A model generated the notes under the pieces. The model did no database searches and was not told where the DNA came from. It worked only from the letters and a program-made list of their open reading frames with translations. Shown piece by piece: positions 30,198-39,384 of a DNA stretch of 64,000 bases. The DNA comes from an uncultured Clostridia bacterium. Lineage in GTDB: Bacteria; Bacillota; Clostridia; Lachnospirales; Lachnospiraceae. Positions within the stretch are counted from its first letter, which is position 1, and each line of letters starts with the position of its first letter. The position numbers and the translations under genes were made by a program. The DNA lies in assembly GCA_947167565.1 (NCBI GenBank), contig CAMVIN010000001.1, positions 792-64,791 of the forward strand, written 5' to 3'.

Positions 30198-30548
30198 ATG
30201 ACAATTCAAGAGATGTACTCACAAATTGAATCAGATTATGATAAAGTGCTTGGCAGATTGATGAAGGACACATTGATTATTCGGCTCGTGCGCAAGTATT
30301 TAGATGATACGAATGCTCAGAAACTTGAGGAAAGCATTGCGCAAAAGAATTACGAGGATGCTTTTACTGCGGCACACACGTTGAAAGGAATTACGGCCAA
30401 TCTCGGGTTTGATAAGTTGGCGGATTCCTCGACAGCCATTACGGAAGCCCTGCGGGCGGGGGAATATGACAATCTTGAAGAGATGCTCGCCAAAGTAAAG
30501 GCAGATCAGGCTGAAGTGGTTGCTGCGATTCAGGCGGTAGAAGGCTGA
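30198..30548 (+). CDS. Hpt (histidine phosphotransfer) domain protein, stand-alone
   Basis: A ~116-aa helical protein with AAHTLKGITANLGF, which fits the HxLKG Hpt phospho-His motif. The start is uncertain (30168, 30186 or 30198); 30198 follows GAGGA. Confidence 0.6.
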   Translation: MTIQEMYSQIESDYDKVLGRLMKDTLIIRLVRKYLDDTNAQKLEESIAQKNYEDAFTAAHTLKGITANLGFDKLADSSTAITEALRAGEYDNLEEMLAKVKADQAEVVAAIQAVEG

Positions 30549-31042
30549 GTTTCATAAGCGAACGGTTTTCCGTCCAGTTCTACGTGTACCAGTGTATCTG
30601 TTTCGTACACAAGTTTTAAACTGAAGAATTCACGTTCTTCAGCTAAAAGTTTGAAAAAAATTTTATCGCCCTCCCAGATTGGGAGGGTTTTTACTTTGTC
30701 GATATCCACCCATTCCAAGTTTCCTTCATCGCACTCAATTTGTTCGCCGGTAAAATCATCAGAAGTATACAGGTGCATATATTCGGTGATTTCCTCTCCG
30801 CCGTCTCCACTGTACACAAAGGTTACTATGCCTCGAAAGCGCTGGCTCAGCAAATCGTATCCGGTCTCTTCCTTTACTTCGCGTCGCACGCAGTCTTCCG
30901 GGCTTTCTCCGGCTTCGAAATGACCGCCGACACCAATCCATTTATCGTGGTTGATGTCGTTTTTTTTCTTTACGCGGTGGAGCATCAGATATTTTCCGTC
31001 GCGAATCAAATAACATAAAGTACATAGTACGAGTTCAGTCAT
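30530..31042 (-). CDS. NUDIX hydrolase (MutT-like)
   Basis: The Nudix box is GVGGHFEAGESPEDCVRREVKEETG (GX5EX7REUXEEXGU). The ORF is 170 aa. Confidence 0.85.
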   Translation of the reverse strand: MTELVLCTLCYLIRDGKYLMLHRVKKKNDINHDKWIGVGGHFEAGESPEDCVRREVKEETGYDLLSQRFRGIVTFVYSGDGGEEITEYMHLYTSDDFTGEQIECDEGNLEWVDIDKVKTLPIWEGDKIFFKLLAEEREFFSLKLVYETDTLVHVELDGKPFAYETQPSTA

Positions 31043-31137
31043 AATGATTGTCTCCTTGTTGAATTAAAAAATGATTGATTTCATTGTACCACATTTTCAT
31101 TACAAATAGCAAAACTTTCCCTGTTATAAGAAATTTC

Positions 31138-31166
31138 TTGAATAAATGATAAAAGTTCGCTATAAT
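31138..31166 (+). promoter_or_regulatory. Putative sigma-A promoter of the iorAB-paaK cluster
   Basis: TTGAAT, a 17-nt spacer, then TATAAT, about 85 nt upstream of the iorA start. Confidence 0.5.
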
Positions 31167-31250
31167 TGTAATGATGGTGATTTTTACGTTAATGCCATGA
31201 TACGATAAGAAAAATATGGTAACTGTATGTGTGTGCGAATGGAGGATAAC

Positions 31251-32996
31251 ATGAAAGATTTATTGTTAGGTAATAAGGCGTTTGCCCGTGGATTATACGA
31301 GGCGGGCGTTGAGGTAGTTAGCTCTTATCCGGGAACCCCAAGTACGGAGGTCACGGAAGAGGCAGCAAAATACGATGAGATTTACTGCGAGTGGGCACCG
31401 AATGAGAAAGTTGCTATGGAAGTTGCCTTTGGAGCCAGCCTTGCGGGGAAAAGAAGTTTTTGCGGAATGAAGCACGTGGGACTTAATGTGGCTGCAGACC
31501 CATTGTTTACCGTGTCTTATACGGGGGTGAATGCCGGAATGGTCATCTGTGTGGCGGATGATCCGGGGATGCATTCTTCCCAGAACGAGCAGGATTCCAG
31601 ACATTATGCAAGGGCATCCAAGATTCCGATGCTGGAGCCGTCAGATTCTGCCGAGGCGCTGGAGTTTGCCAAGAAAGCATATGAGATTTCTGAGGAAAAT
31701 GACACCCCGGTTATCATGAAGATGTGTACCCGTGTGGCACATGCGCAGAGTTTGGTAGAACTCAGTGACAGAGTAGTGCCGGAGAAAAAGCCATACGAAA
31801 AAAATATTGCTAAGTATGTAATGATGCCGGGAAATGCTAAAAGACGTCACCCGGTTGTAGAACAGAGAACGCAGAATCTCATTGCTTTTGCAGAGACAAC
31901 GGATTTGAACCGCGTGGAGATGGGGGATACGAAGCTTGGTATCATTACTGCAGGTACAAGTTACCAGTATGCAAAAGAAGTTTATGGTGAAAATGCTTCG
32001 ATTTTAAAACTGGGAATGGTTTATCCTCTTCCGGTTCAGAAAATCAAGGATTTTGCCGCTAAAGTAGATAAATTGATTGTGATAGAAGAACTGGATCCGA
32101 TTATTGAGGAGCACTGCAAAGCACTGGGACTGGAAGTGTCCGGCAAAGATTTGCTTCCGCTGATTGATGAATTTTCGCAGAGTTTGATTGCAGAGAAGCT
32201 CGGTGAGCCTGCCAAAGAGGGATGTAAGGCAATTGATGGACTTCCGGTTCGTCCGCCGGTTATGTGTGCCGGCTGCCCGCATCGAGGCATGTTCTATACG
32301 TTATCGAAAAATAAATGTACGGTACTGGGTGATATCGGATGTTATACACTGGGAGCTGTTGCACCGCTCAGCGCAATTGAGATGACTTTGTGTATGGGAG
32401 CATCGATTAGTTCGATTCATGGATTTAACAAGGCGCTGGGAGAAGAGAGTGAGAATAAGACCGTAGCAGTTATCGGCGATTCGACGTTCATGCACTCAGG
32501 TATGACCGGACTTGCTAATATAGCTTATAACCAGAGCAATTCCACAGTTATTATTCTGGATAATTCCATTACCGGTATGACAGGACACCAGCAAAATCCG
32601 ACAACCGGTTACAATATCAAGGGTGACCCTGCCGGAAAGATTGATTTGGAGGCACTTTGCCGTTCGATGGGCTTTAACCGAGTAAGAGTTGTTGACCCAT
32701 ATAATTTAAAAGAATGCGATGAAGTTGTAAAAGAAGAATTGGCAGCGAATGAGCCGTCTGTTATTATTAGCAGAAGACCTTGTGCGCTCCTCAAATATGT
32801 CAAGGCGAAACCGTCTCTTAATGTCAATCGTGACAAGTGCAAGAGTTGTCATGCTTGTATGAAGATTGGCTGTCCGGCACTTAGTTTTAAAGACGGAAAA
32901 GCTCATGTTGACACGACGTTATGTGTGGGCTGTGGTGTGTGCCAGCAGCTCTGTGCGTTTGACGCACTTGAAGCACCGGAAGGAGGGGACAAATAA
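31251..32996 (+). CDS. iorA: Indolepyruvate:ferredoxin oxidoreductase subunit alpha
   Basis: The N-terminus MKDLLLGNKAFARGLYEAGVEVVSSYPGTPSTEV matches the family. The TPP-binding motif GDSTFMHSG and C-terminal 4Fe-4S motifs (CKSCHACMKIGCP, CVGCGVCQQLC) are present. The ATG at 31251 follows GGAGGA. Confidence 0.88.
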   Translation: MKDLLLGNKAFARGLYEAGVEVVSSYPGTPSTEVTEEAAKYDEIYCEWAPNEKVAMEVAFGASLAGKRSFCGMKHVGLNVAADPLFTVSYTGVNAGMVICVADDPGMHSSQNEQDSRHYARASKIPMLEPSDSAEALEFAKKAYEISEENDTPVIMKMCTRVAHAQSLVELSDRVVPEKKPYEKNIAKYVMMPGNAKRRHPVVEQRTQNLIAFAETTDLNRVEMGDTKLGIITAGTSYQYAKEVYGENASILKLGMVYPLPVQKIKDFAAKVDKLIVIEELDPIIEEHCKALGLEVSGKDLLPLIDEFSQSLIAEKLGEPAKEGCKAIDGLPVRPPVMCAGCPHRGMFYTLSKNKCTVLGDIGCYTLGAVAPLSAIEMTLCMGASISSIHGFNKALGEESENKTVAVIGDSTFMHSGMTGLANIAYNQSNSTVIILDNSITGMTGHQQNPTTGYNIKGDPAGKIDLEALCRSMGFNRVRVVDPYNLKECDEVVKEELAANEPSVIISRRPCALLKYVKAKPSLNVNRDKCKSCHACMKIGCPALSFKDGKAHVDTTLCVGCGVCQQLCAFDALEAPEGGDK

Positions 32997-33583
32997 TGAC
33001 GACGAATGTGATGATTGTAGGAGTGGGTGGACAGGGTTCACTCCTTGCCAGTAAACTTCTTGGACATGTGGTTATGCAAAAAGGCTTTGATGTTAAAGTT
33101 TCAGAGGTTCACGGTATGAGCCAGCGCGGTGGAAGTGTGGTAACATATGTGAGATTTGGAGACAAGGTTTACTCTCCGATTATAGATAAGGGAGAGGCCG
33201 ATTATATTGTTTCTTTCGAGACGCTGGAAGCAGCGAGATATATGGAATATTTGAAGCCGGGTGGCAAGGTAATTGTCAATGCGCAGGAAATTGATCCGAT
33301 GCCGGTTATCACCGGTGCGGCAGAGTATCCGGAAGGGCTGATTGACAAGATGAAAGAGGCCGGTGCGGATGTAGATGCCATGGATGCGCTGGGACTTGCT
33401 GTTGAGGCCGGTTCTTCCAAGGCTACTAATATTGTTCTTATGGGAAGAGTTTCGAAATATTTTGAGGATATGGGAACTCTTGAGATTACAAGAGAAGACT
33501 GGGAGAAGTCATTGGAGGCATGTGTGCCGTCTAAGTTTTTGGAATTAAACAAAAAAGCATTTGAACTTGGACGTGGAGAATAA
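32996..33583 (+). CDS. iorB: Indolepyruvate:ferredoxin oxidoreductase subunit beta
   Basis: A 195-aa ORF with NVMIVGVGGQGSLLASKLLG...SEVHGMSQRGGSV, the gamma-type oxidoreductase subunit pattern. Its start overlaps the iorA stop (TAATG). Confidence 0.85.
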   Translation: MTTNVMIVGVGGQGSLLASKLLGHVVMQKGFDVKVSEVHGMSQRGGSVVTYVRFGDKVYSPIIDKGEADYIVSFETLEAARYMEYLKPGGKVIVNAQEIDPMPVITGAAEYPEGLIDKMKEAGADVDAMDALGLAVEAGSSKATNIVLMGRVSKYFEDMGTLEITREDWEKSLEACVPSKFLELNKKAFELGRGE

Positions 33584-33607
33584 TAAAAAAGACAGGAGGA
33601 TTTTCAG

Positions 33608-34927
33608 GTGGCAAATTATTTTAATGAGGCAGTAGAGACAATGCCGGTGGAAGAAATCAAGAAGCTTCAGGGCGAACGATTGGTTGAACAGGTAAAACAT
33701 GTTTATGAGAATGTGGAATTTTATCGCAATAAGATGGATGAAATGGGAGTCAAGCCGGAAGATATTCATGGTCTGGAGGATTTACATAAGCTTCCGTTTA
33801 TCACGAAGGATGACCTCAGAGACCAGTATCCGTATGGTTTTTTGGGGGTACCTACATCGGATTGTGTGCGAATTCAGTCAACCAGCGGAACAACAGGAAG
33901 AAGGGTTGTCTCTTTCTATACTCAGGAAGATATTGATATTTGGGATGAGTGTTGTGCCAGAGCAATTGTTGCTGCCGGTGGAACAAAAGACGATGTTGTC
34001 CATGTGTGCTATGGGTACGGTTTATTTACCGGTGGTGCCGGCTTGAACGGTGGCTCACACAAGGTTGGCTGTATGACACTCCCTATGTCATCTGGAAATA
34101 CTGACCGTCAGATTCAGTTTATGAAAGATTTGGGATCTACTATTCTTTGCTGTACACCTTCTTATGCGGCTTATCTTGCTGAGTCGATTCACGAGAGAGG
34201 CGGATTAGAGGATATCAAGTTAAAGGCAGGTATTTTTGGCGCAGAGGCGTGGACAGAGGAAATGCGTGCCAATATTGAACAGTCATTGGGAATTAAGGCG
34301 TATGATATCTATGGTTTGACGGAAATTAGTGGTCCGGGTGTTTCCTTTGAGTGCGAAGAGCAAAAGGGGATGCATATCAACGAAGACCACTTTATTGCGG
34401 AGGTTATTAACCCTCAGACCGGTGAAGTGCTTCCGGAGGGCGAAAAGGGTGAGCTTGTATTTACTTGTATTACCAAAAAGGCATTTCCGCTTCTCAGATA
34501 CCGTACAAGGGATATCTGCGTGCTTTCCAGACAGAAATGTTCCTGTGGAAGAACGCATATTCGCATGAGTAAGCCTCTGGGAAGAAGCGATGACATGATG
34601 GTTGTCAAGGGTGTCAATGTATTCCCGTCCCAGATCGAGACTGTTCTCTTGAATGACGGATACGAGGCCAATTATCAGCTCGTTGTTGATCGTGTGAAGA
34701 ATAGTGATACAATTGCCTGTGATGTGGAATGGTCACCAAGCAATCCGCCGGAAGATAAAGTTGAGCGTGAACGCCGTGAGAAAAAATTGGTTGCTCATCT
34801 GAAATCCATGCTGGGTATTTTGGTTGATGTCAATCTGGTGGCACCGAAGTCGATCCCAAGAAGTGAGGGCAAGGCGGTTCGCATTATTGATAACCGCAAC
34901 TTGTATGAAGAGAGTAAGTTAAAATAA
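33608..34927 (+). CDS. paaK: Phenylacetate--CoA ligase family protein
   Basis: A 439-aa ORF with a GTG start after AGGAGG. It carries the PaaK-family N-terminus (ETMPVEEIKKLQGERLVEQVKHVYENVEFYRNKMDE), the AMP-binding motif STSGTTGRRV and a C-terminal ACT-like region. Confidence 0.8.
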   Translation: MANYFNEAVETMPVEEIKKLQGERLVEQVKHVYENVEFYRNKMDEMGVKPEDIHGLEDLHKLPFITKDDLRDQYPYGFLGVPTSDCVRIQSTSGTTGRRVVSFYTQEDIDIWDECCARAIVAAGGTKDDVVHVCYGYGLFTGGAGLNGGSHKVGCMTLPMSSGNTDRQIQFMKDLGSTILCCTPSYAAYLAESIHERGGLEDIKLKAGIFGAEAWTEEMRANIEQSLGIKAYDIYGLTEISGPGVSFECEEQKGMHINEDHFIAEVINPQTGEVLPEGEKGELVFTCITKKAFPLLRYRTRDICVLSRQKCSCGRTHIRMSKPLGRSDDMMVVKGVNVFPSQIETVLLNDGYEANYQLVVDRVKNSDTIACDVEWSPSNPPEDKVERERREKKLVAHLKSMLGILVDVNLVAPKSIPRSEGKAVRIIDNRNLYEESKLK

Positions 34928-34954
34928 TTTAGAGCATAATTTAGGAGCAGAAAA

Positions 34955-36514
34955 ATGTTAATCAAAATCGGACTGCTGATTGTGTCAATTGCTATCTTTG
35001 CCACAGTTGGTTTTATGAATCGCAAATCAAGTGGGAGTGTGACAGGTTACGTGTTGGGTGGAAGAAAGGTTGGTCCGTGGCTGACTGCTTTTGCCTATGG
35101 TACTTCGTATTTTTCGGCGGTTATTTTCGTGGGATATGCCGGACAGTTTGGATGGAGTTTTGGCGTTGCGTCTACGTGGATTGGCCTTGGAAATGCCTTT
35201 ATTGGCTCGCTTCTTGCGTGGGTGATTCTCGGTCGGCGCACCCGTGTGATGACACAGCACCTTGAGGCCAAGACAATGCCGGAATATTTCGGCAAGCGCT
35301 ACGAGTCATCCAGTTTGAAAATTGTGGCTTCGGCCATTACCTTTTTCTTTTTGATTCCGTATACTGCGTCTCTGTTCTACGGGCTTGCCCGTCTGTTTAA
35401 AATGGCGTTTGATGTGGACTATTCTGTCTGTGTAATCGGTATGGCACTCTTGACAGCGGTTTATGTCATTGTCGGCGGCTATATGGCAACGGCAATCAAT
35501 GATTTTATTCAGGGAATCATCATGTTGTTTGGTATCGTGGCAGTAATAGCGGCTGTCCTCTCAAAGAACGGCGGATTTATGGGCTCTCTGAAAGCAATGT
35601 CAGAGGTTCCATCGGATGTCATGAATGGGGCATTTACCTCATTCTTCGGACCGGACCCGTCCTATTTGCTGATTGTTGTTCTTCTTACTTCACTTGGCAC
35701 TTGGGGACTTCCTCAGATGGTTGGAAAATTTTATGCAATTAAGAACGAGCATTCCGTTCGTATTGGAACAATGATTTCTACATTTTTTGCAATTATTGTC
35801 GCAGGAGGCTGCTATTTTCTCGGTGGATTCGGTCGTCTGTTTACAACGCAGGAGGTTGTGGACGCAGAGGGCTTTGACAGTGTTGTGCCGACCATGTTGT
35901 CCGGTTTGTCAGATGTGTTGATTGGTGTTGTGCTGATTCTTGTCTTATCGGCATCCATGTCCACGCTGTCCTCTCTGGTACTTACTTCAAGTTCCACATT
36001 GACGCTGGATTTTATTAATCCGCTTCGCAAGAAGAAAGTGGAAGAAAAACAGAACGTCGTGATGATGAGAATTTTTGTCGCGGTATTTATTATCATTTCA
36101 GCAGTGATTGCGATTGTACAGGCAAAATCAAAAGTGACCTTTATCGCTCAGCTCATGGGTGTTTCGTGGGGCGCACTGTCAGGAGCATTTTTAGCACCGT
36201 TCCTCTATGGGCTATACTGGAAAAAGGCAACAAAGGCAGCATCTGCCGTCAGTTTTGCGTTTGGAACGATTATGATGCTGATTCAGTTGTGTATTTCGCT
36301 TAAATGGTTGACAGTCAGTGGTCCGGTACTCGGATTGATATTTAAAAATTCCCTGTATTCCGGTGTATTCTGCATGCTGACATCACTGATTCTTGTTCCG
36401 GTTGTGAGTCTGCTCACACAGGGCAGCAGACCGAAAGAAGTAGATGCTATGTTCACCTGTTATGATTCAAAGGTAGAGGTTCCGGCAAGGGAAGCACTGG
36501 GAGATGAGGAGTAA
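34955..36514 (+). CDS. Sodium:solute symporter (SSS) family transporter
   Basis: A 519-aa polytopic membrane protein. The N-terminal pattern YVLGGRKVGPWLTAFAYGTSYFSAVIFVGYAGQFGW is typical of the SSS family. The substrate cannot be determined from sequence. Confidence 0.75.
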   Translation: MLIKIGLLIVSIAIFATVGFMNRKSSGSVTGYVLGGRKVGPWLTAFAYGTSYFSAVIFVGYAGQFGWSFGVASTWIGLGNAFIGSLLAWVILGRRTRVMTQHLEAKTMPEYFGKRYESSSLKIVASAITFFFLIPYTASLFYGLARLFKMAFDVDYSVCVIGMALLTAVYVIVGGYMATAINDFIQGIIMLFGIVAVIAAVLSKNGGFMGSLKAMSEVPSDVMNGAFTSFFGPDPSYLLIVVLLTSLGTWGLPQMVGKFYAIKNEHSVRIGTMISTFFAIIVAGGCYFLGGFGRLFTTQEVVDAEGFDSVVPTMLSGLSDVLIGVVLILVLSASMSTLSSLVLTSSSTLTLDFINPLRKKKVEEKQNVVMMRIFVAVFIIISAVIAIVQAKSKVTFIAQLMGVSWGALSGAFLAPFLYGLYWKKATKAASAVSFAFGTIMMLIQLCISLKWLTVSGPVLGLIFKNSLYSGVFCMLTSLILVPVVSLLTQGSRPKEVDAMFTCYDSKVEVPAREALGDEE

Positions 36515-36634
36515 ATGAGTAAGGAGTAGGGATTTTGGTAAGAATAGCCAATGGATTTTTTGTGTTCTCTGTGATATGATAGATACGCTCAATGAGTGGT
36601 GATTGGGTATTAGATTAATTTATGGGGAGCAAAC

Positions 36635-36712
36635 CAGCTCCTGCAGAAATCAGGAAAACCTTTAACGCAGTAGCGTTACCGGGTTTTGAATGATTCCTGC
36701 AGGAGCTGTTTT
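36635..36712 (+). terminator. Long imperfect hairpin plus U-tract (symporter terminator and/or 3' end of a small RNA)
   Basis: The 12-bp perfect stems CAGCTCCTGCAG (36635-36646) and CTGCAGGAGCTG (36697-36708) pair. Further inner pairings are AAAACC/GGTTTT and AACGC/GCGTT. TTTT follows. Confidence 0.55.
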
Positions 36713-36727
36713 GTAAACTTATGTGTA

Positions 36728-36828
36728 AGGAACTGTTCATAAATAACTTTTAACTATCTGCCGCCTGTACCACCATAAACGCAAGTGTTGCAGACGGCAG
36801 ATAGAAAAGTTAATCATTCACAGTTCCT
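36728..36828 (-). terminator. Long imperfect hairpin downstream of proS (putative terminator)
   Basis: The core stem is CTATCTGCCG (36754-36763) with CGGCAGATAG (36795-36804). The outer arms AGGAACTGT...ACAGTTCCT also pair. On the minus strand the stem is followed by TTAAAAGTTATTT. Confidence 0.45.
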
Positions 36829-36841
36829 AAGAGAATTATTA

Positions 36842-38572
36842 TTACTTCTCCATCTCATCAAACAATTTCTGAATTAAATTCTTTACTGTTCCCACAACGT
36901 CATCAATTGCTACCTTATCCTGTACGGACTTATCGCGGGTGGAGAGTTCCACAACAGACTCTTTCATGTTTCTTGGGCTGACAACGAGACGAATCGGTAC
37001 ACCGAGCAGATCAGCGTCAGAGAACATAACACCCGGACGGACAGCTCTGTCATCATAAATTACTTCGATATGCTCTTTCTGTAACTGGTCATACAGAGAA
37101 TCCGCACATGCCTTTGCCTCTGCGTCATCCGCGCGCAGGCAGCAGAGATGAACCTGCCAAGGCGCGATAGATATTGGCCAGATTGGACCGTAATCATCGT
37201 GGTGCGACTCGCAGACAGAAGCGGCGAGACGGCCGACGCCGATACCGTAGCAGCCCATAATCGGATACTGGGCATTGCCCTCTGCGTCAAGATATTGCAT
37301 GTTCATGGATTTTGTATATTTTGTGCCGAGCTGAAAAATGTTTCCGACCTCAATACCTCTTGAAATCTTGATGTGTTTCTGACCGCATTTTGGACAGATT
37401 CCTCCATCAATAATCTTAGCTACATCCACATACTGTGCGTCCGGCACATCGCGTTCCATACACAGCCCCGTGTAATGATATTCCTCATCATTGGCACCAC
37501 AGGAGAGATTGTTTGTTCCCTCCAGAGACTTGTCATAAATTACAGTGTAATCCCCGGTTACAGTGAGACCAACCGGACCGATGAATCCGGCGTTCAGTCC
37601 GCACTCGGCTGTGATGACAGCCGGATGAACATCTTCGCCGAGGTAATTTGTGAGTTTTGTTTCATTGACGTCCAAATCACCGAGGATGAAAATAACTACA
37701 TAGTCATCCGTCATGTTTTTCTGATAGACAACCGCTTTACAGGATTTGTGGAGAGGCGATTTGAGAAAATCGCAGATTTCTTCAATTGTGTGAATGTTCG
37801 GAGTGTGCACTTTGGTCAATGCCTCGTCATCTGCGTCTTTTTCATTTTCAATAATGCTCTCAGCTGCCTCCATATTGGCGCGGTAATCACAACTGTCACA
37901 AATAGCAATGGAATCTTCGCCAATTGGTGTGAGCAGCATGTATTCGTGAGCGAGATTTCCCCCCATCATACCGGAGTCAGAGGCAACTGTCACGACCTGC
38001 GGAATGCCGGTGCGGGCAAAAATACGGTTGTATGCGTCATAGCAGACCTGATAGTACGCCTGTAAATCCTCCTGTGAGGTATGGAAGGAGTATGCGTCTT
38101 TCATAGTAAATTCGCGGACACGAATGAGACCGGCACGCGGTCTTGCCTCGTCGCGGAATTTTGTCTGTATTTGATAAATCATAAACGGATAGTTCTGATA
38201 ACTCTTGGCGTAGTCGCGGACAAGCTGAACAGCAGCCTCTTCGTGTGTCATGCCGAGTACCATCTTTGTTCCGTTGCGGTCCTGAAAGCGGAGGAGTTCG
38301 CTCCCTACACTCTCGTAGCGCCCGGACTCGTCCCACAGTGTAGCAGGAAGCGTAACAGGGAATAAAACTTCCTGTCCGTCAATGGCATCCATTTCTTCGC
38401 GAATGATTTCTTCAATTTTACGACAGATACGCTTTAGCGGCATGTACTGGGAATAAATTCCCTTTGCCACATCCTTCATGTAGCCGCCACGCATCATCAG
38501 AGCATGGCTCTCAATCACACAGTCACTTGGTTTTTCTTTAAAGCGTTCGCCGACTAATTTATCCAGTTTCAT
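36842..38572 (-). CDS. proS: Proline--tRNA ligase (bacterial type with editing domain)
   Basis: A 576-aa ORF with the class II motifs EVLFPVTLPATLWDESGR and FRDEARPRAGLIRVREF, an internal INS-like insertion, and a C-terminal anticodon-binding domain. Confidence 0.93.
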   Translation of the reverse strand: MKLDKLVGERFKEKPSDCVIESHALMMRGGYMKDVAKGIYSQYMPLKRICRKIEEIIREEMDAIDGQEVLFPVTLPATLWDESGRYESVGSELLRFQDRNGTKMVLGMTHEEAAVQLVRDYAKSYQNYPFMIYQIQTKFRDEARPRAGLIRVREFTMKDAYSFHTSQEDLQAYYQVCYDAYNRIFARTGIPQVVTVASDSGMMGGNLAHEYMLLTPIGEDSIAICDSCDYRANMEAAESIIENEKDADDEALTKVHTPNIHTIEEICDFLKSPLHKSCKAVVYQKNMTDDYVVIFILGDLDVNETKLTNYLGEDVHPAVITAECGLNAGFIGPVGLTVTGDYTVIYDKSLEGTNNLSCGANDEEYHYTGLCMERDVPDAQYVDVAKIIDGGICPKCGQKHIKISRGIEVGNIFQLGTKYTKSMNMQYLDAEGNAQYPIMGCYGIGVGRLAASVCESHHDDYGPIWPISIAPWQVHLCCLRADDAEAKACADSLYDQLQKEHIEVIYDDRAVRPGVMFSDADLLGVPIRLVVSPRNMKESVVELSTRDKSVQDKVAIDDVVGTVKNLIQKLFDEMEK

Positions 38573-38605
38573 GAGGTACCTCCAATTGTTTTATAGACGA
38601 AATCT

Positions 38606-38634
38606 ATTGTAACGGAAAACTTAGCATCTTTCAA
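38606..38634 (-). promoter_or_regulatory. Putative sigma-A promoter of proS
   Basis: On the minus strand: TTGAAA, a 17-nt spacer, then TACAAT, about 30 nt upstream of the proS start. The leader is too short for a T-box. Confidence 0.5.
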
Positions 38635-38733
38635 GGGGGTAGAGAAAAAAATACGAATTCTTTAAAAATCCTGGGTATTATGGTATACTTTGTTACGGAA
38701 CTATTATAGCGAAAGTAGTGAAAGGAGGATTTT

Positions 38734-39384
38734 ATGAAGACGCAGGCAATAATTTTTGATTTAGATGGAACACTATTAAATACATTAAAAGATTTGACAA
38801 ATGCAGTAAATGAGGCACTTTGTTCTCAGGGGCTTCCACAGAGGTCGATAGAAGAAGTGCGGAACTTTGTGGGAAACGGAATTGTTAAACTCATGGAGCG
38901 TGCCAGTGGCTGGGAGAGAACAGCGGATACGTTTGATGACATGATGAGGGTTTTTCGCAAATTTTACGGGGAGCACTGTGAGGATAACACCGTGCCTTAC
39001 GCAGGGATTATTGAATTGCTGGAAACGTTAAAAAATAAAAAAATTAAAACTGCTGTGGTTTCAAACAAAGCAGACTTTGCGGTTCGGGAATTGATCCCGG
39101 TTTATTTTGGTGAGATGATTGACGTGGCTCACGGGGAAAATGAGGCGGGGGGAATACACAAGAAACCGTCACCGGATATGGTGCTGCAAACAATTCAAGA
39201 ATTGGATTGTCCATCAGAACAGGTGATTTATGTGGGCGACTCGGATGTTGATGTACAGACGGCGAAAAATGCAGGGATTACCTGTGTGGGAGTTAGTTGG
39301 GGATTCCGGGGCCGGGAGTTTCTTGAAAAAAACGGTGCAGAATACGTGATTGATAATCCGCAGGAAGTTCTCAAATTTTTGTGA
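38734..39384 (+). CDS. HAD-IA family hydrolase (phosphoglycolate phosphatase-like)
   Basis: The HAD motif I is IIFDLDGTLLNT, motif II is VVSNK, and motif IV is YVGDSDVDVQTA. The ORF is 216 aa. Confidence 0.8.
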   Translation: MKTQAIIFDLDGTLLNTLKDLTNAVNEALCSQGLPQRSIEEVRNFVGNGIVKLMERASGWERTADTFDDMMRVFRKFYGEHCEDNTVPYAGIIELLETLKNKKIKTAVVSNKADFAVRELIPVYFGEMIDVAHGENEAGGIHKKPSPDMVLQTIQELDCPSEQVIYVGDSDVDVQTAKNAGITCVGVSWGFRGREFLEKNGAEYVIDNPQEVLKFL

